This document shows, piece after piece, positions 10,980 to 21,054 of a stretch of 64,000 nt of DNA. The stretch comes from Cyanidioschyzon merolae (Eukaryota). The first letter of the stretch is position 1, and each line of letters opens with the position of its first letter. Under the pieces are notes generated by a model, which was not told the origin of the DNA, did not search any database, and worked only from the letters and a program-made list of their open reading frames with translations. The DNA lies in assembly GCA_000091205.1 (NCBI GenBank), contig AP006499.2; one strand, 5' to 3'. The translations under genes and the position numbers were made by a program.

Positions 10980-12548
10980 ATGCGTGCTGCACTCGCTTTC
11001 CGAGCGCCGTGTCGGGGACTTGTCGTTCCGTCCTGGGAAGCAACTCGAGGTCGGTGTTTGATTTCGCCACGAAAGTGCCCGTTATCGTTGAGTCGTCGAA
11101 GTGTGGCAGGTTTGGTGAGAACGACTCGCCGTCGGGGTCTGTACGGCTGCACGACGCCCGTGGCACAGTCTCGGGACGGTGCCACTGCACCGACGAGCGC
11201 TCCGGTCTACCCCGGAGTGGACGGCAAACCGAATGTCATTCAAGTCCTGGAATCGAGAGGCCTCATTGACGCGGTGACCTCTACTGATGTGTACGCGGTC
11301 TGTGCCCGACCGGTAGCAGTGTACGTCGGCTTCGATCCGACGGCGGACTCGCTCCACATAGGTAACCTCCTGGGTCTACTGGTTCTGCGTTGGTTCCAAA
11401 AACTGGGGCATCGCCCTGTGGCTATCATTGGCGGTGCAACTGCCCGTATCGGTGACCCGTCAGGCAAGAGCGTTGAACGACCGCTCCTTGCTGCGAGTGT
11501 CATTGAAGAGAATGCCGCACGAATCGCTGAAAACCTGCGGCAAGTGCTGGATTTCAGCGGGGATTCTAGTTCAACGACGGAGCCGCTGGTTCTCAACAAT
11601 TACGACTGGCTTGGCAACATGAGATTACTCGACTTTTTGCGTGACGTAGGGAAGCTCGCGCGAGTCGGGACAATGCTGAGCAAGGAATCCGTTCGTCTTC
11701 GGATGCAGAGCGAAGAGGGTCTCTCATTCACCGAGTTTACGTACCAGCTGCTGCAGGGATACGATTTTGCGTATCTCTATAAAAATCACCAAGTCCTGCT
11801 GCAGGCAGGGGGCTCGGACCAATGGGGCAACATTGTGGCTGGACTCGAGCTCACTCGTAAACTTTACGGGGGCACTGTGCATGGTCTGACGTTTCCACTC
11901 CTTACCAGCAAGGATGGCAAAAAGTTGGGAAAGACAGAGAAGGGCGCTGTATGGCTTTCGCCACAGCGCCTGAGCCCGTACGAATTCTACCAATATCTTG
12001 TCAAAGTAGCAGATGATGATGTTTGCAATTATCTGCGGAAGCTCACATTCCTGCCTCTGGAACAAATCGACGCCCTCGAAAACGACATGCGAAACTCGGA
12101 ACGGAGCGGCTACCAAGCAAATACAGCCCAGAAACTCTTGGCTATGGAAGTCACTCGCATAGTTCACGGCGACAAAGGCGTCGAGACGGCATTAGCTGCC
12201 ACCGCGGTCGCTGCACCCGGGCACGTACCCGGCGGTGAACACACCAACGGTAGCACGCGCTTACGAGCTGATGTGTTAGAAGCGGTCTCCAGCAGTCTAC
12301 CGGGTGCGACGCTTCCCCGCACTGCGCTCGTCGGTGTGCCACTGGTCGATGTTATGGTTCGAGCGGGTCTCCAGAAGAGTAAGGGAGAGGCGCGGCGCCT
12401 CATTGCGAACGGTGGTGCCTACGTCAATGACGAAAAAGTGTCCGACAGTGGGAGAACCATCGAAGCAACAGATTTAATTGAGGGACGACTGCTTCTGCTA
12501 GCGGCTGGCAAGAAAAACAAGATGCTCGTTCGGGTGAGCGATACCTAG
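10980..12548 (+). CDS. Tyrosyl-tRNA synthetase, bacterial/organellar type, with Arg/Ser-rich N-terminal presequence
   Basis: It carries the class I HIGH motif (HIGNLLGLLVLRWFQKLGHRPVAIIGGATARIGDPSGKS) and a KMSKS-like KKLGKT. The C-terminal S4-like domain (LLLLAAGKKNKMLV) is typical of bacterial TyrRS. The listed start at 10968 is GTG, so the ATG at 10980 was used. Confidence 0.85.
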   Translation: MRAALAFRAPCRGLVVPSWEATRGRCLISPRKCPLSLSRRSVAGLVRTTRRRGLYGCTTPVAQSRDGATAPTSAPVYPGVDGKPNVIQVLESRGLIDAVTSTDVYAVCARPVAVYVGFDPTADSLHIGNLLGLLVLRWFQKLGHRPVAIIGGATARIGDPSGKSVERPLLAASVIEENAARIAENLRQVLDFSGDSSSTTEPLVLNNYDWLGNMRLLDFLRDVGKLARVGTMLSKESVRLRMQSEEGLSFTEFTYQLLQGYDFAYLYKNHQVLLQAGGSDQWGNIVAGLELTRKLYGGTVHGLTFPLLTSKDGKKLGKTEKGAVWLSPQRLSPYEFYQYLVKVADDDVCNYLRKLTFLPLEQIDALENDMRNSERSGYQANTAQKLLAMEVTRIVHGDKGVETALAATAVAAPGHVPGGEHTNGSTRLRADVLEAVSSSLPGATLPRTALVGVPLVDVMVRAGLQKSKGEARRLIANGGAYVNDEKVSDSGRTIEATDLIEGRLLLLAAGKKNKMLVRVSDT

Positions 12549-15086
12549 AATCCCGACATCCATTCGCCGAGGTAAACGCTTACGGATGATATGCGAACGA
12601 CCTTGGGAGTCCAGAGGCGACCACTCTTAGTGTATCACTTTGCTCCGTGCGCTTGCAAGGCTGAGAGCTCCTCGCAGAGGCTTCGATGCGTTGCGTGATC
12701 GTCCCGCACTGGAACTCCGTCGACGTTGTTGTATAGGCGGGTTTTTTGTGGGTGTATGTTCACGGGTGCGGGTACCTCGTTCCGCTGACTCGGCGGCAGT
12801 CTGCGGTGATTTTCGTTCGAGAGCGTGCCAGAGCGTTCCGCCGGGTGCATCTCTGGTGCAGGACAGCTCATTGAGCGAGCGGCCCATACATGATTCTATG
12901 GTGCGAAGAGCGCCCCACGTCCGACGCTGTAACCTTCGTGCCGCCTCAGCGACTGTTGACGAACGGTGCGCTGGAGCCACAGACGCGCTGACCATGCGGC
13001 AAGGCACTGCGTAGTCGTTGCAACGGAGGTTTCCTCAGACGCAACCACTAGCGACGGAAACGGGACACCACTTCACTCGCCCGTATGAAAGGTTACGGAA
13101 GCGATAGCGCGTGTAGAGCGGATGCGCCCTGTGCCCAACGGATACCACATAACCAGTGCGAGGACGCATGCGGAAACGTCGCTCCAGACACACGGGGTCT
13201 GGCTGGGGCTCGTGGAACACTGCAACTTGTCGTCAGCTGCTGGGTCTCAGTTGTGGTCGACACCCGTGTCAGTGGAAAGTGGAACGGATCCACTTTACTG
13301 ACTCTGGCGAACACCATAACGCTTGAGTATTCGCCATTGGTATCAACAGAAGCCCTTGCGGGCGTTTGCTTACACTGTTTCCTTTGCTTCTCTCTTATTT
13401 CGGCTTTTCAATACGGGGGTCTCTCCTTTCGCTCCAGCTCCATTGCTAACAGTGGCTGAATATAGGTGGCAGCATTCAAGTCCCGATGATGCTGCCTCCA
13501 ACTGGTGTCGATGCGTTTCATACACAGGTGGATGCCACGATCTGTGCTTCGTTCGCTGTTCGCGTCTTCCTTGTACACAGCCTCGAAGAGTCGCTTCGCA
13601 ATGGTGACATTCGATAATGGCGAGGACTTTCCAGGTGTGCACCACACCTTCCTCTCTGAGGGCCTGCATGTGGCGCATAGGGGCTTGTTTCAGCGCTCTG
13701 TTACCGGCAGTTGACGGGCTCAGAAGGCTGCTGGCGAGATCCTCCTCCAGTTCCGTGCCCAGTTCGGTATCGGACGATCACGGGTTTGTTCTGGGCAATC
13801 CATGCATTGGTCTATGACTCTGTCCGCTATACGCACAAGCGCATGCTGTTGCATAGCATTGGTTATCATTCGCTTCCTTGCATGTTCTTCGTTTTCTGAG
13901 TACGCTTTCCGCAAAATATTCCGATGAACGTACCGGGGATCGAAATCTCTTACCGACTTGTGGGCGTAGCGTCGAGGGGTTCCTTCCGTTTTCGGCAATG
14001 GGGCCAAGGCTTGTGATACGCCCTGTTGCGTCGCGCGCTTGCTGGCCCTTGCTGTCATTTTTCTCGTTTCTGAAGACGAAGATGACAGGCGTGCGAGCAG
14101 CATGGATATCGGTAGCTGCCTGTCGAAGTACCGAAGACTCATTGGTAAAGCGTGTCTTCGGTTGCCACGGGGCCTCGTATACTCTCGTTCGGCTCGCGCG
14201 GAAGAACCGGCATAGATGATCGCTCTCCTCGGATGCATACCGTTGCAAATCGCACTGGGGAGCATGTTCACGAAACCGCGCCTCTCCATCACCTGTTGCT
14301 CCTGCGCGTATGCCCCTTTCCGGGAGGAGGTACGTTGGCGCTCTGAGCTGGCGGTAAAGCGTATAGGACTTTCGAGGATGATAACGCTTGGCTTTCTTCC
14401 AGTCGTTTGAGAGTTCCCTGAAATGCTCGCGCGTAAGCTGCGTAGATCGTTTCGTGAACTCGATATCAAGAACCAGCCCCTCATGTTCTCCGCCGCTCTT
14501 CTCGCTCTCCATCGGACGCCTCTGTGCCGCCGTTTCAAGGACGCGCGCATCTATAACGAAGCGAAAAACAGAAAGATTGAAAACTTGAAGAAAGCGTGAT
14601 TCGATCATGATTCAGGTATGGAAAGAGGGAGAAAGGAAGCCTGTACATATGAATTGGATACAGACGTTGTGTATCGTTTCTAGAAAACCGTTTTTCATTC
14701 GTGTCGCGACTCATCTGCATTCCTTTTCGGTATTTGCATTCCAGCGGCAGCACGTCGAAACAGACACGCCGCACCGACGATCGACGATCCGGAAGCAACG
14801 TATGGAACGGATATCCCTTCATGCCGCACTTGGAATGCCCATGCACTGCATCTCAAAAACTTGCGGAAAATTTGAACATAGGGACAAAGCGAGTTGTTCC
14901 GTTTTCCATCCTATTCTGGCGTGGGACTAGCGCAGTTTCCAGAGTCGGTAGCGTCCACTGCCCAGAAGTGCTGCTCTGCCTAGACTGCAATTCATCAGCT
15001 GCGACCCATATTTCAGAGCACAATCCCTGACGGATGCTCGAATAAATACTTTATACGATTGGATATGGTACTCGAGGATACTCGTA

Positions 15087-16841
15087 TCAGCTCGCTCTAG
15101 GGCGTGGCGTAAAAAACTTTCGGATGCCCTGTGGCTCGGCAGATATTCGCGAGTTCACTGAGGTTGCTTCTCTCGGAGCGGGTTCCCTCGCTGGTGTTCC
15201 AGAGGGCGTCTGATGAAGGGTAGACGTCTTCGTTCGGGGGATTCTCGGTGCAGGCAGACGCTCTGTGCTCGCAGGCGCGATCCAGGCTCGTTTTTCCTTG
15301 GTGTCGTTGGCAGGAGCTTGCTCTGGTGCGGCGGCATGACCTTGTCTTGAAGCGTCTGCCAAGCGAACAAGGATTTCCCCGTCAGGCGTGATGGTCTCTT
15401 CTAAAATCTTACCAGCAGCAACGCTCGCTCTCGAATGTTTCTCATTCGAGTGCACGGTTCCCTGCTCGGGGTGTCGACACGTTCCCCGGGATGGGACCAG
15501 CGCGCTCCTCTCGGTCTCGGAGAGCAGGTCATTGGCTCCAGGCGCTTCACAAGTTTGCACAGAAGCAAACTCAGATGCCAGCAGCTTTGGGTCAGTGACG
15601 GATGCATTCGCTGGAGTGTCTAATGCCGGGAAGCACGCCTCAGGCGCTTGGCGATTCCAAGTCGATCTCTCGGCGTTTTGTCCAGAAAGGCATGCCTCCT
15701 CGCATGGTCTGCTCTCGCGAGCATCTGGCCTAACGGGATGTTGTTCGTCTTCGTCGTCACTTGTAACCAGGCGTCGACGAGATCGTCGTGGACTGGCCGG
15801 CATCAGCGGCAGCGTCTCGGTCGTTGAATATCGACGCTGATCTTGCATTCCCGAAGCGCTGTCTCGACCTTGTTCTAAGCTCATCCTATCCGGTGAGGTA
15901 GGGGCACATTCTTCGCTCATTGGCTCTGTATGTCCGGGAACGTCATGTCGACAAGTGCCCGGGTGCTTTGCTTTGCCCGACGCTATGCGCTGAGATGTCG
16001 TTGCAACGATCGTCGCTGTTCGTTCCATTGGTGTTGCTCGCTGATTCTCTATGAAAAGATCCTGCGTCGTCGCGTCTGCTTTGGTACCCTTCACCACTGT
16101 TCTCGAAGCGACGCTAGCAACATCCAATGCCGAAGCGCCCGACGCAGTCGATGCACCTTTGAGGTCAGCGGGAAAGGCCCCCGTTGAGGCGCCAGGGCGC
16201 AGACGTTTTGTTTCAGGTTCTGCAACCATGCCCTCACTGGATCCGTTTCCGTTTAGACTGGAACCAACACAGACTCCGTCTGGAGAGCGTACAGCAGGTG
16301 CGCGCACAACCTCTTGTTCTTCGGTGAGGAAGCGGTACAGTGCTGTTTGGCTGCTATTGGAGGCACTACCTTTCTCGTTAGCAGCGGAAACACCAGACGG
16401 CGCAGCGTTCCGGTGCGGCTCATCAGCCTTCAACGTTTGCCCTAAGAGCAAGGCATTGGATTTAGACTTGCGCCCAGAGGCCTCAGTGAGCGCGTTCACC
16501 CCAGCACCCGCCACAACCGCGGGCAGCTCTGCTTCCGTTATCACGACACCCGGCCGCAGTACACCGTACAGACGATCCCCTGGACCGTTGTACCCGCAGT
16601 GCACCCGAAACCGGAAGCACCGTCGACTCGGGTTATCGGCATCAGCTTGTGGTTCAACAGTTGCAAACACCAGCCGCTCCGATGGTAGTTCGCGAGCATA
16701 GGCCTCGAGTGCTTGTGCGGCCTGCTGTTCGTTCAGATCGAGCGTTCCTGCGACTTGTCGAATTGTTAGTAAACCTGTTGCAGACACATCTTCGTGTAGC
16801 ATACCATCAAGCGCACTTGCAGTTGACAAGATTTCATCCAT
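15087..16841 (-). CDS. Candidate DNA polymerase delta subunit 3 (POLD3/Cdc27/Pol32-like)
   Basis: The N-terminal ~45 aa (HEDVSATGLLTIRQVAGTLDLNEQQAAQALEAYAREL) align to the POLD3 winged-helix N-terminus (DEFVTDQNKIVTYKWLSYTLGVHVNQAKQMLYDY). The middle of the protein is long, disordered and rich in S/A/P/K. The extreme C-terminus has a PIP-like QGIRKFF. The ATG at 16841 was verified. Confidence 0.5.
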   Translation of the reverse strand: MDEILSTASALDGMLHEDVSATGLLTIRQVAGTLDLNEQQAAQALEAYARELPSERLVFATVEPQADADNPSRRCFRFRVHCGYNGPGDRLYGVLRPGVVITEAELPAVVAGAGVNALTEASGRKSKSNALLLGQTLKADEPHRNAAPSGVSAANEKGSASNSSQTALYRFLTEEQEVVRAPAVRSPDGVCVGSSLNGNGSSEGMVAEPETKRLRPGASTGAFPADLKGASTASGASALDVASVASRTVVKGTKADATTQDLFIENQRATPMERTATIVATTSQRIASGKAKHPGTCRHDVPGHTEPMSEECAPTSPDRMSLEQGRDSASGMQDQRRYSTTETLPLMPASPRRSRRRLVTSDDEDEQHPVRPDARESRPCEEACLSGQNAERSTWNRQAPEACFPALDTPANASVTDPKLLASEFASVQTCEAPGANDLLSETERSALVPSRGTCRHPEQGTVHSNEKHSRASVAAGKILEETITPDGEILVRLADASRQGHAAAPEQAPANDTKEKRAWIAPASTERLPAPRIPRTKTSTLHQTPSGTPAREPAPREATSVNSRISAEPQGIRKFFTPRPRAS

Positions 16842-16951
16842 GCTGCAGATCTGGACGCCTCCTCTTCGAGGACACTGCCAACCTGGCTCTCGCGGGAAAC
16901 GCGTACGAGCGCTCGCGCCACTGCCACTGGGGTGCTGCGGCCGCTCCAGGC

Positions 16952-18454
16952 ATGCCGCTCGAACCAGTGGGTCACTTTCGATACTTTATAGCCTTTGGTT
17001 CAAACGAGGGTGCCCGCTTGCGAACCATCACAAGTGCTCTACGGAGCTTGTGTGCCATTGGAGAGATAGACGCGACCTCGAACCTATACGAGACTGAGCC
17101 GCTCTATGAGGCATCCCAGCCGGTGTTCCTGAACGGTGTTGTGGCGCTGCAAACAGATCGTGAACCGTTTGAACTTCTTTCAGAACTCCAGCGCATCGAA
17201 AAAGACCATGGTCGAGAGCGCTCGACTGATACGGAAAAGCGCTTCGGGCCTCGCACCCTCGACCTGGACGTGCTGCTTGCGGAGCGGTGGCAACCGAACG
17301 GCTTCCGCGGGTTACCGCCAGTCACCTCGTCGCGTTTAACGATACCGCACCCGAGAATAAAAGAGCGCTCATTTGTTTTGCGGCCATTGAAGGATCTGGG
17401 TATAAGCGTTAGGGACGCGAGACCACTACCTGGTCGAGTGCAGCAGGTGTTGGTGACAGCCAACGAGATGGTGTTGCCGGTGCGACGCTGTGCAGCCGGG
17501 ATGCCGCACGTGATGGGCATCCTCAACGTCACACCGGATAGCTTCAGTGACGGTCACCCAGACAACTTGTCGATGGAGAAAGCGCTGCGTACTGCGGAGC
17601 GCCTGGTGCGACACGGAGCCCGTTTGTTGGATGTTGGTGGACAGAGCACGCGTCCGGGTGCTGTTCGCATCTCGCCTGCTGAGGAGGCGGCTCGTATTTT
17701 GCCGGTTCTCAAGGCACTGCGGGCGCGATTCCCTGCTCAAAAAGGTATCTGGATATCGGTGGACACATTTTATGCCTCAGTTGCGAAGCTAGCGATTGAG
17801 CACGGTGCTGACTGCATCAACGATGTAAGCAGCGGCCGGCTGGATCCGGGAATGTTGCCTTTCCTGGCCGAGGCTCATGTTCCAGCCATATTCATGCACA
17901 TGCGAGGCAACCCGCAAACCATGATGGATCATGCTAACTATCCGGAGGGTGAAGTTGTTGATGTGGTTGCTTCCGAGTTAGCGGAGCGACTTGATGCAGC
18001 TCAGCGAGCAGGCATCTACCGGTTTAACCTTATTGCCGATCCGGGTCTGGGCTTTGCGAAGCACAGCAACCATAATATAGCGCTGTTGAGAGGCTTGGAA
18101 AGATTTCGTGAGCTTCTGAGTCGAGGCCGAGGTGAGTGGCCCATGCTTTTAGGCGTCTCCCGGAAGCGATTTCTGGAGCAGTTCGCGGCTCGTTCGGCAA
18201 CATTGCCCGATGCCGCCGCAACCACATCAGGGAAAGAGGCGCAAAAAGACAACTCCGTGCCGCTGGACGCCGCAGCTCGCGACTTTGCCACGGCTGGGGC
18301 TGTTACCTGGGCCGCCCTGCACGATGTCGATATCGTGCGCGTCCATGAACCTGCCGTCTGCGACGCTGCGCGCTGTTTTCTGTACTTGCAACGAGATGCG
18401 GCTTCCCGCAGTGCAGCCGCTTCCACAGAAAATGAAACGTGTGCTCCGTACTGA
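16952..18454 (+). CDS. Bifunctional 6-hydroxymethyl-7,8-dihydropterin pyrophosphokinase / dihydropteroate synthase (HPPK-DHPS)
   Basis: The HPPK domain (FGSNEG...GPRTLDLDVLL...IPHPR) is followed by a pterin-binding DHPS domain (MGILNVTPDSFSDG ... GADCINDVSSG ... ADPGLGFAK). The start was set at the ATG at 16952, just before the HPPK core. An upstream ATG at 16682 would add an Arg-rich extension, but that extension would overlap the PolD3-like CDS in antisense. Confidence 0.88.
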   Translation: MPLEPVGHFRYFIAFGSNEGARLRTITSALRSLCAIGEIDATSNLYETEPLYEASQPVFLNGVVALQTDREPFELLSELQRIEKDHGRERSTDTEKRFGPRTLDLDVLLAERWQPNGFRGLPPVTSSRLTIPHPRIKERSFVLRPLKDLGISVRDARPLPGRVQQVLVTANEMVLPVRRCAAGMPHVMGILNVTPDSFSDGHPDNLSMEKALRTAERLVRHGARLLDVGGQSTRPGAVRISPAEEAARILPVLKALRARFPAQKGIWISVDTFYASVAKLAIEHGADCINDVSSGRLDPGMLPFLAEAHVPAIFMHMRGNPQTMMDHANYPEGEVVDVVASELAERLDAAQRAGIYRFNLIADPGLGFAKHSNHNIALLRGLERFRELLSRGRGEWPMLLGVSRKRFLEQFAARSATLPDAAATTSGKEAQKDNSVPLDAAARDFATAGAVTWAALHDVDIVRVHEPAVCDAARCFLYLQRDAASRSAAASTENETCAPY

Positions 18455-19197
18455 GCGCCCTGTATGAAAAGATTACAGAGGATGCAAGCCGGCGAAAAAC
18501 GGCACCCGTTCCGAATCAAGTAAGCTTCCTGGCAGACGAGGCTCCTGCAGCTGTTGCAAGGCGCCGTGGAGCTCCCGATTCTCGTGCCCAGTGCCGCACG
18601 TGGCATCCTCCGGGCAAACTTCTATGTTCTTATCAAACGAAATGCATGGGAGGATGCTTGAAGAGCGCCGAATCTCAGAGCACCGGCGTTGCCTCTGCAC
18701 GAATATGAAAAATGCGTGTTGGCACGTGTACCAGAGGTAGCGTTGCGAGACCAAAGTCCGTTTGTATCTCGCTTGAACCTGTTCACCACGAGTTTCTCGG
18801 CATCGAGAAACTTCCAAGAGTACGATAGACGACAACCACTGGCGCGGAAACATGCTGAAACGCAGTCACCACAAACGGCATGGTGCCAGTGCGTCGGCGG
18901 CATCAGTCGGCACAACCCAATCCCTGACGCTAAGTCGCAGTAAGCGGCGTTGTTAGATTGCTCACCTCTTCAAAGTTGCTTGTGGAGCAAAACCGGTTCG
19001 AGAAGCGTTCTCGTACGCGCCTCGGGGCACGCGTGCATCGATGTATAGATCTTTGGAAACCCACCGTGCTACTGCGGTGCACGGAAACGCAGAGGATACC
19101 GAGAAGCTTCCCGCCCTGGACCATGGGCGAAACGCTGGCGCGAAGGGCGAATGCCCCCAACGTCTACGCTCTTCCGATCAATGGTGATGAATCACAT

Positions 19198-20841
19198 TTA
19201 GCACTGAGCTTCGTGTTCAAAGTATGGCTGGTCCTCGTGTGGCATTCGAGGACTTACTGCCGAGCTGAAGTAGTAGAAGCCAGGATAGTCGGCGAGATTA
19301 GAGCACCGCTCCGTGTAGAGATCGGCGAAGAAGCTGACCTGGTGCGCGAAGAGCGTCGTTCGATGTGCCGATCGAAACAAACCACCAAAGTGCGGATTAA
19401 AAGCATCCTCAATGGACTCTCGGACCTTTTGGAGCTCAGCCTGCAGGATTCCTTCTTCATCGGGTCGTTGGCGAGCGGAGGCATCCAAGCCCCGAAACAT
19501 CTCCGCTCGCAAAAACTCCAAAGCGCCCAGTCGGTCGAGAAGCCCTCGCGCTCGAGCCAGAGCACCGATCTCTGCACTGAGTTCGGGGACAACCAGCAAC
19601 GTACGCCAGTGATGCGTCTTCCGCGCGACCAAGACGTCTGCGTAGATGTGGTCACCGACGTAGAGAACAGTGCTTCCTCGAGAGATTCCTGCGAGCTCGT
19701 GAAAGGCGCTAATGGATCCACCTTTGAAGACTCTACCCCGCAGCGGCCGAGCACTCAGTTGGTCAGTGCGCACCTCGTATAACATGGACCTTCCGCTTTT
19801 GGTGTCGATTTCCCGCAGAGCTGTACCCGAACGAAAGAAGAGCGGCTTTTGAGCCCCCACGATGCAAAAGTCGAACGCTTCTCGCCAGCCGGCGTTGGGT
19901 TCCGCCCCGTTCGCAAACCGCCCTAGTATGAACCTGAGCACTGCATCCGTGTACCAGTATTCGGAATTCGTGAGCAGGAACAGCTGTTTCCCGGCATGTC
20001 TAAGCAAACGCAACATTCGATGGATAGCATCATCGTTTGGTAGATAGTCTGCGAGCCGGGCAAGGGTCTCGTTTTTCAGGATGCCGTGGTCGTGGATTCG
20101 ATCCGCTGCAGCTCGAACATCCTGCCATAAGTTGAAAAAGCTCAGGCGGCCGTGGTCACCATCACCGAAACGAGCACCTTCTGCAGATTCCTCTGCGGAC
20201 TGATCGAAGTACTCCACGAGATCAGCGTACAGGTTGGCGATCGGCAGATGGTACAGCGTGTCCATGCTCTGGAACTCCTCCCCGACCTGAGCAGAAGCGA
20301 TGTTTCCCGCTGGATAGGCAGCATCGACTTGTTCCGCGGTTAAGCGTCGGCGACCGTGAACGGCGCGCAGAATGACACCGTAAGCATCGCACTTGACAAA
20401 GTTTCCACGAAGAGCATCCACCAAAAGACCCCGAATGAGAAAACCCTCGTCAAAACGCCATTCCAAGATGCACTCTGGGTAACAAAACTGCTCGACCAGT
20501 TCGCGACATATAAGGTTGTACTGGAGCTGATCAAATGCAGGTCGCAGGTACGCTGCGAGCGTATAGTCCATATCGAAGCCGATGTGTGTAATGTGGTCCA
20601 AGTTCACGTCGCGGTTTGAGTAGACGCGTTGCGCTGCTGCGCGGCGAAACTTGCGAACGGCACCCTGTGCCTTCCAGGAACGAATATCGTCCGCTGTAAT
20701 GACCCGCACGAGATCTGACGCACGCTCTCCTCCAGCCAAGTGGTTCAGAACGCTTTTGGGGCTCATAGGGCTCCGCGTTGCACCACCACCAGGTAAGGTT
20801 GCTCTCGACGTTTCGTCTGAGGGTTCCCCCGACGCTGACAT
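19198..20841 (-). CDS. HAD-superfamily cytosolic 5'-nucleotidase (cN-II / NT5C2 / NT5DC-like)
   Basis: HAD motif I DMDYTL lies in the same context as NT5C2 (ITHIGFDMDYTLAAY). The ORF encodes 547 aa in a single exon, and the ATG at 20841 was verified. Confidence 0.8.
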   Translation of the reverse strand: MSASGEPSDETSRATLPGGGATRSPMSPKSVLNHLAGGERASDLVRVITADDIRSWKAQGAVRKFRRAAAQRVYSNRDVNLDHITHIGFDMDYTLAAYLRPAFDQLQYNLICRELVEQFCYPECILEWRFDEGFLIRGLLVDALRGNFVKCDAYGVILRAVHGRRRLTAEQVDAAYPAGNIASAQVGEEFQSMDTLYHLPIANLYADLVEYFDQSAEESAEGARFGDGDHGRLSFFNLWQDVRAAADRIHDHGILKNETLARLADYLPNDDAIHRMLRLLRHAGKQLFLLTNSEYWYTDAVLRFILGRFANGAEPNAGWREAFDFCIVGAQKPLFFRSGTALREIDTKSGRSMLYEVRTDQLSARPLRGRVFKGGSISAFHELAGISRGSTVLYVGDHIYADVLVARKTHHWRTLLVVPELSAEIGALARARGLLDRLGALEFLRAEMFRGLDASARQRPDEEGILQAELQKVRESIEDAFNPHFGGLFRSAHRTTLFAHQVSFFADLYTERCSNLADYPGFYYFSSAVSPRMPHEDQPYFEHEAQC

Positions 20842-21054
20842 GTTTCAGGCTTGCTCGTGTGACCTGCTGGTGCACACCTAGCGTCGCGTTAACTCGTCCC
20901 TATGAGAGAAGCGCAAACAAACACTCAAAATTGAGACACGAAGCGACAGGGTGCCAGAAAGCTACGGAACACACCGCGGTTCGTGGAGCGTATCTCCGGG
21001 CGCGCTCGGGCGACACGCGGGGATACGCGACGGTCGTGCAAAATGAATATCCAC

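Noticed and set aside
471-14586. Shared 15-mer attgaaaacttgaag at 471 and 14573
   Set aside because: The flanking sequences are unrelated. A single 15-mer coincidence is expected by chance in 64 kb on two strands.
18016-19782. ORFs 18016-18606(-) and 18958-19782(+) of 196 and 274 aa
   Set aside because: They are antisense overlaps of DHPS and the 5'-nucleotidase, with low-complexity, Arg/Ser-rich translations typical of GC-rich antisense frames. The same applies to the antisense ORFs at 16051-16701, 30124-30789, 31923-32519, 32888-33481, 49327-50040, 50998-51669, 53152-53715 and 54147-55058.
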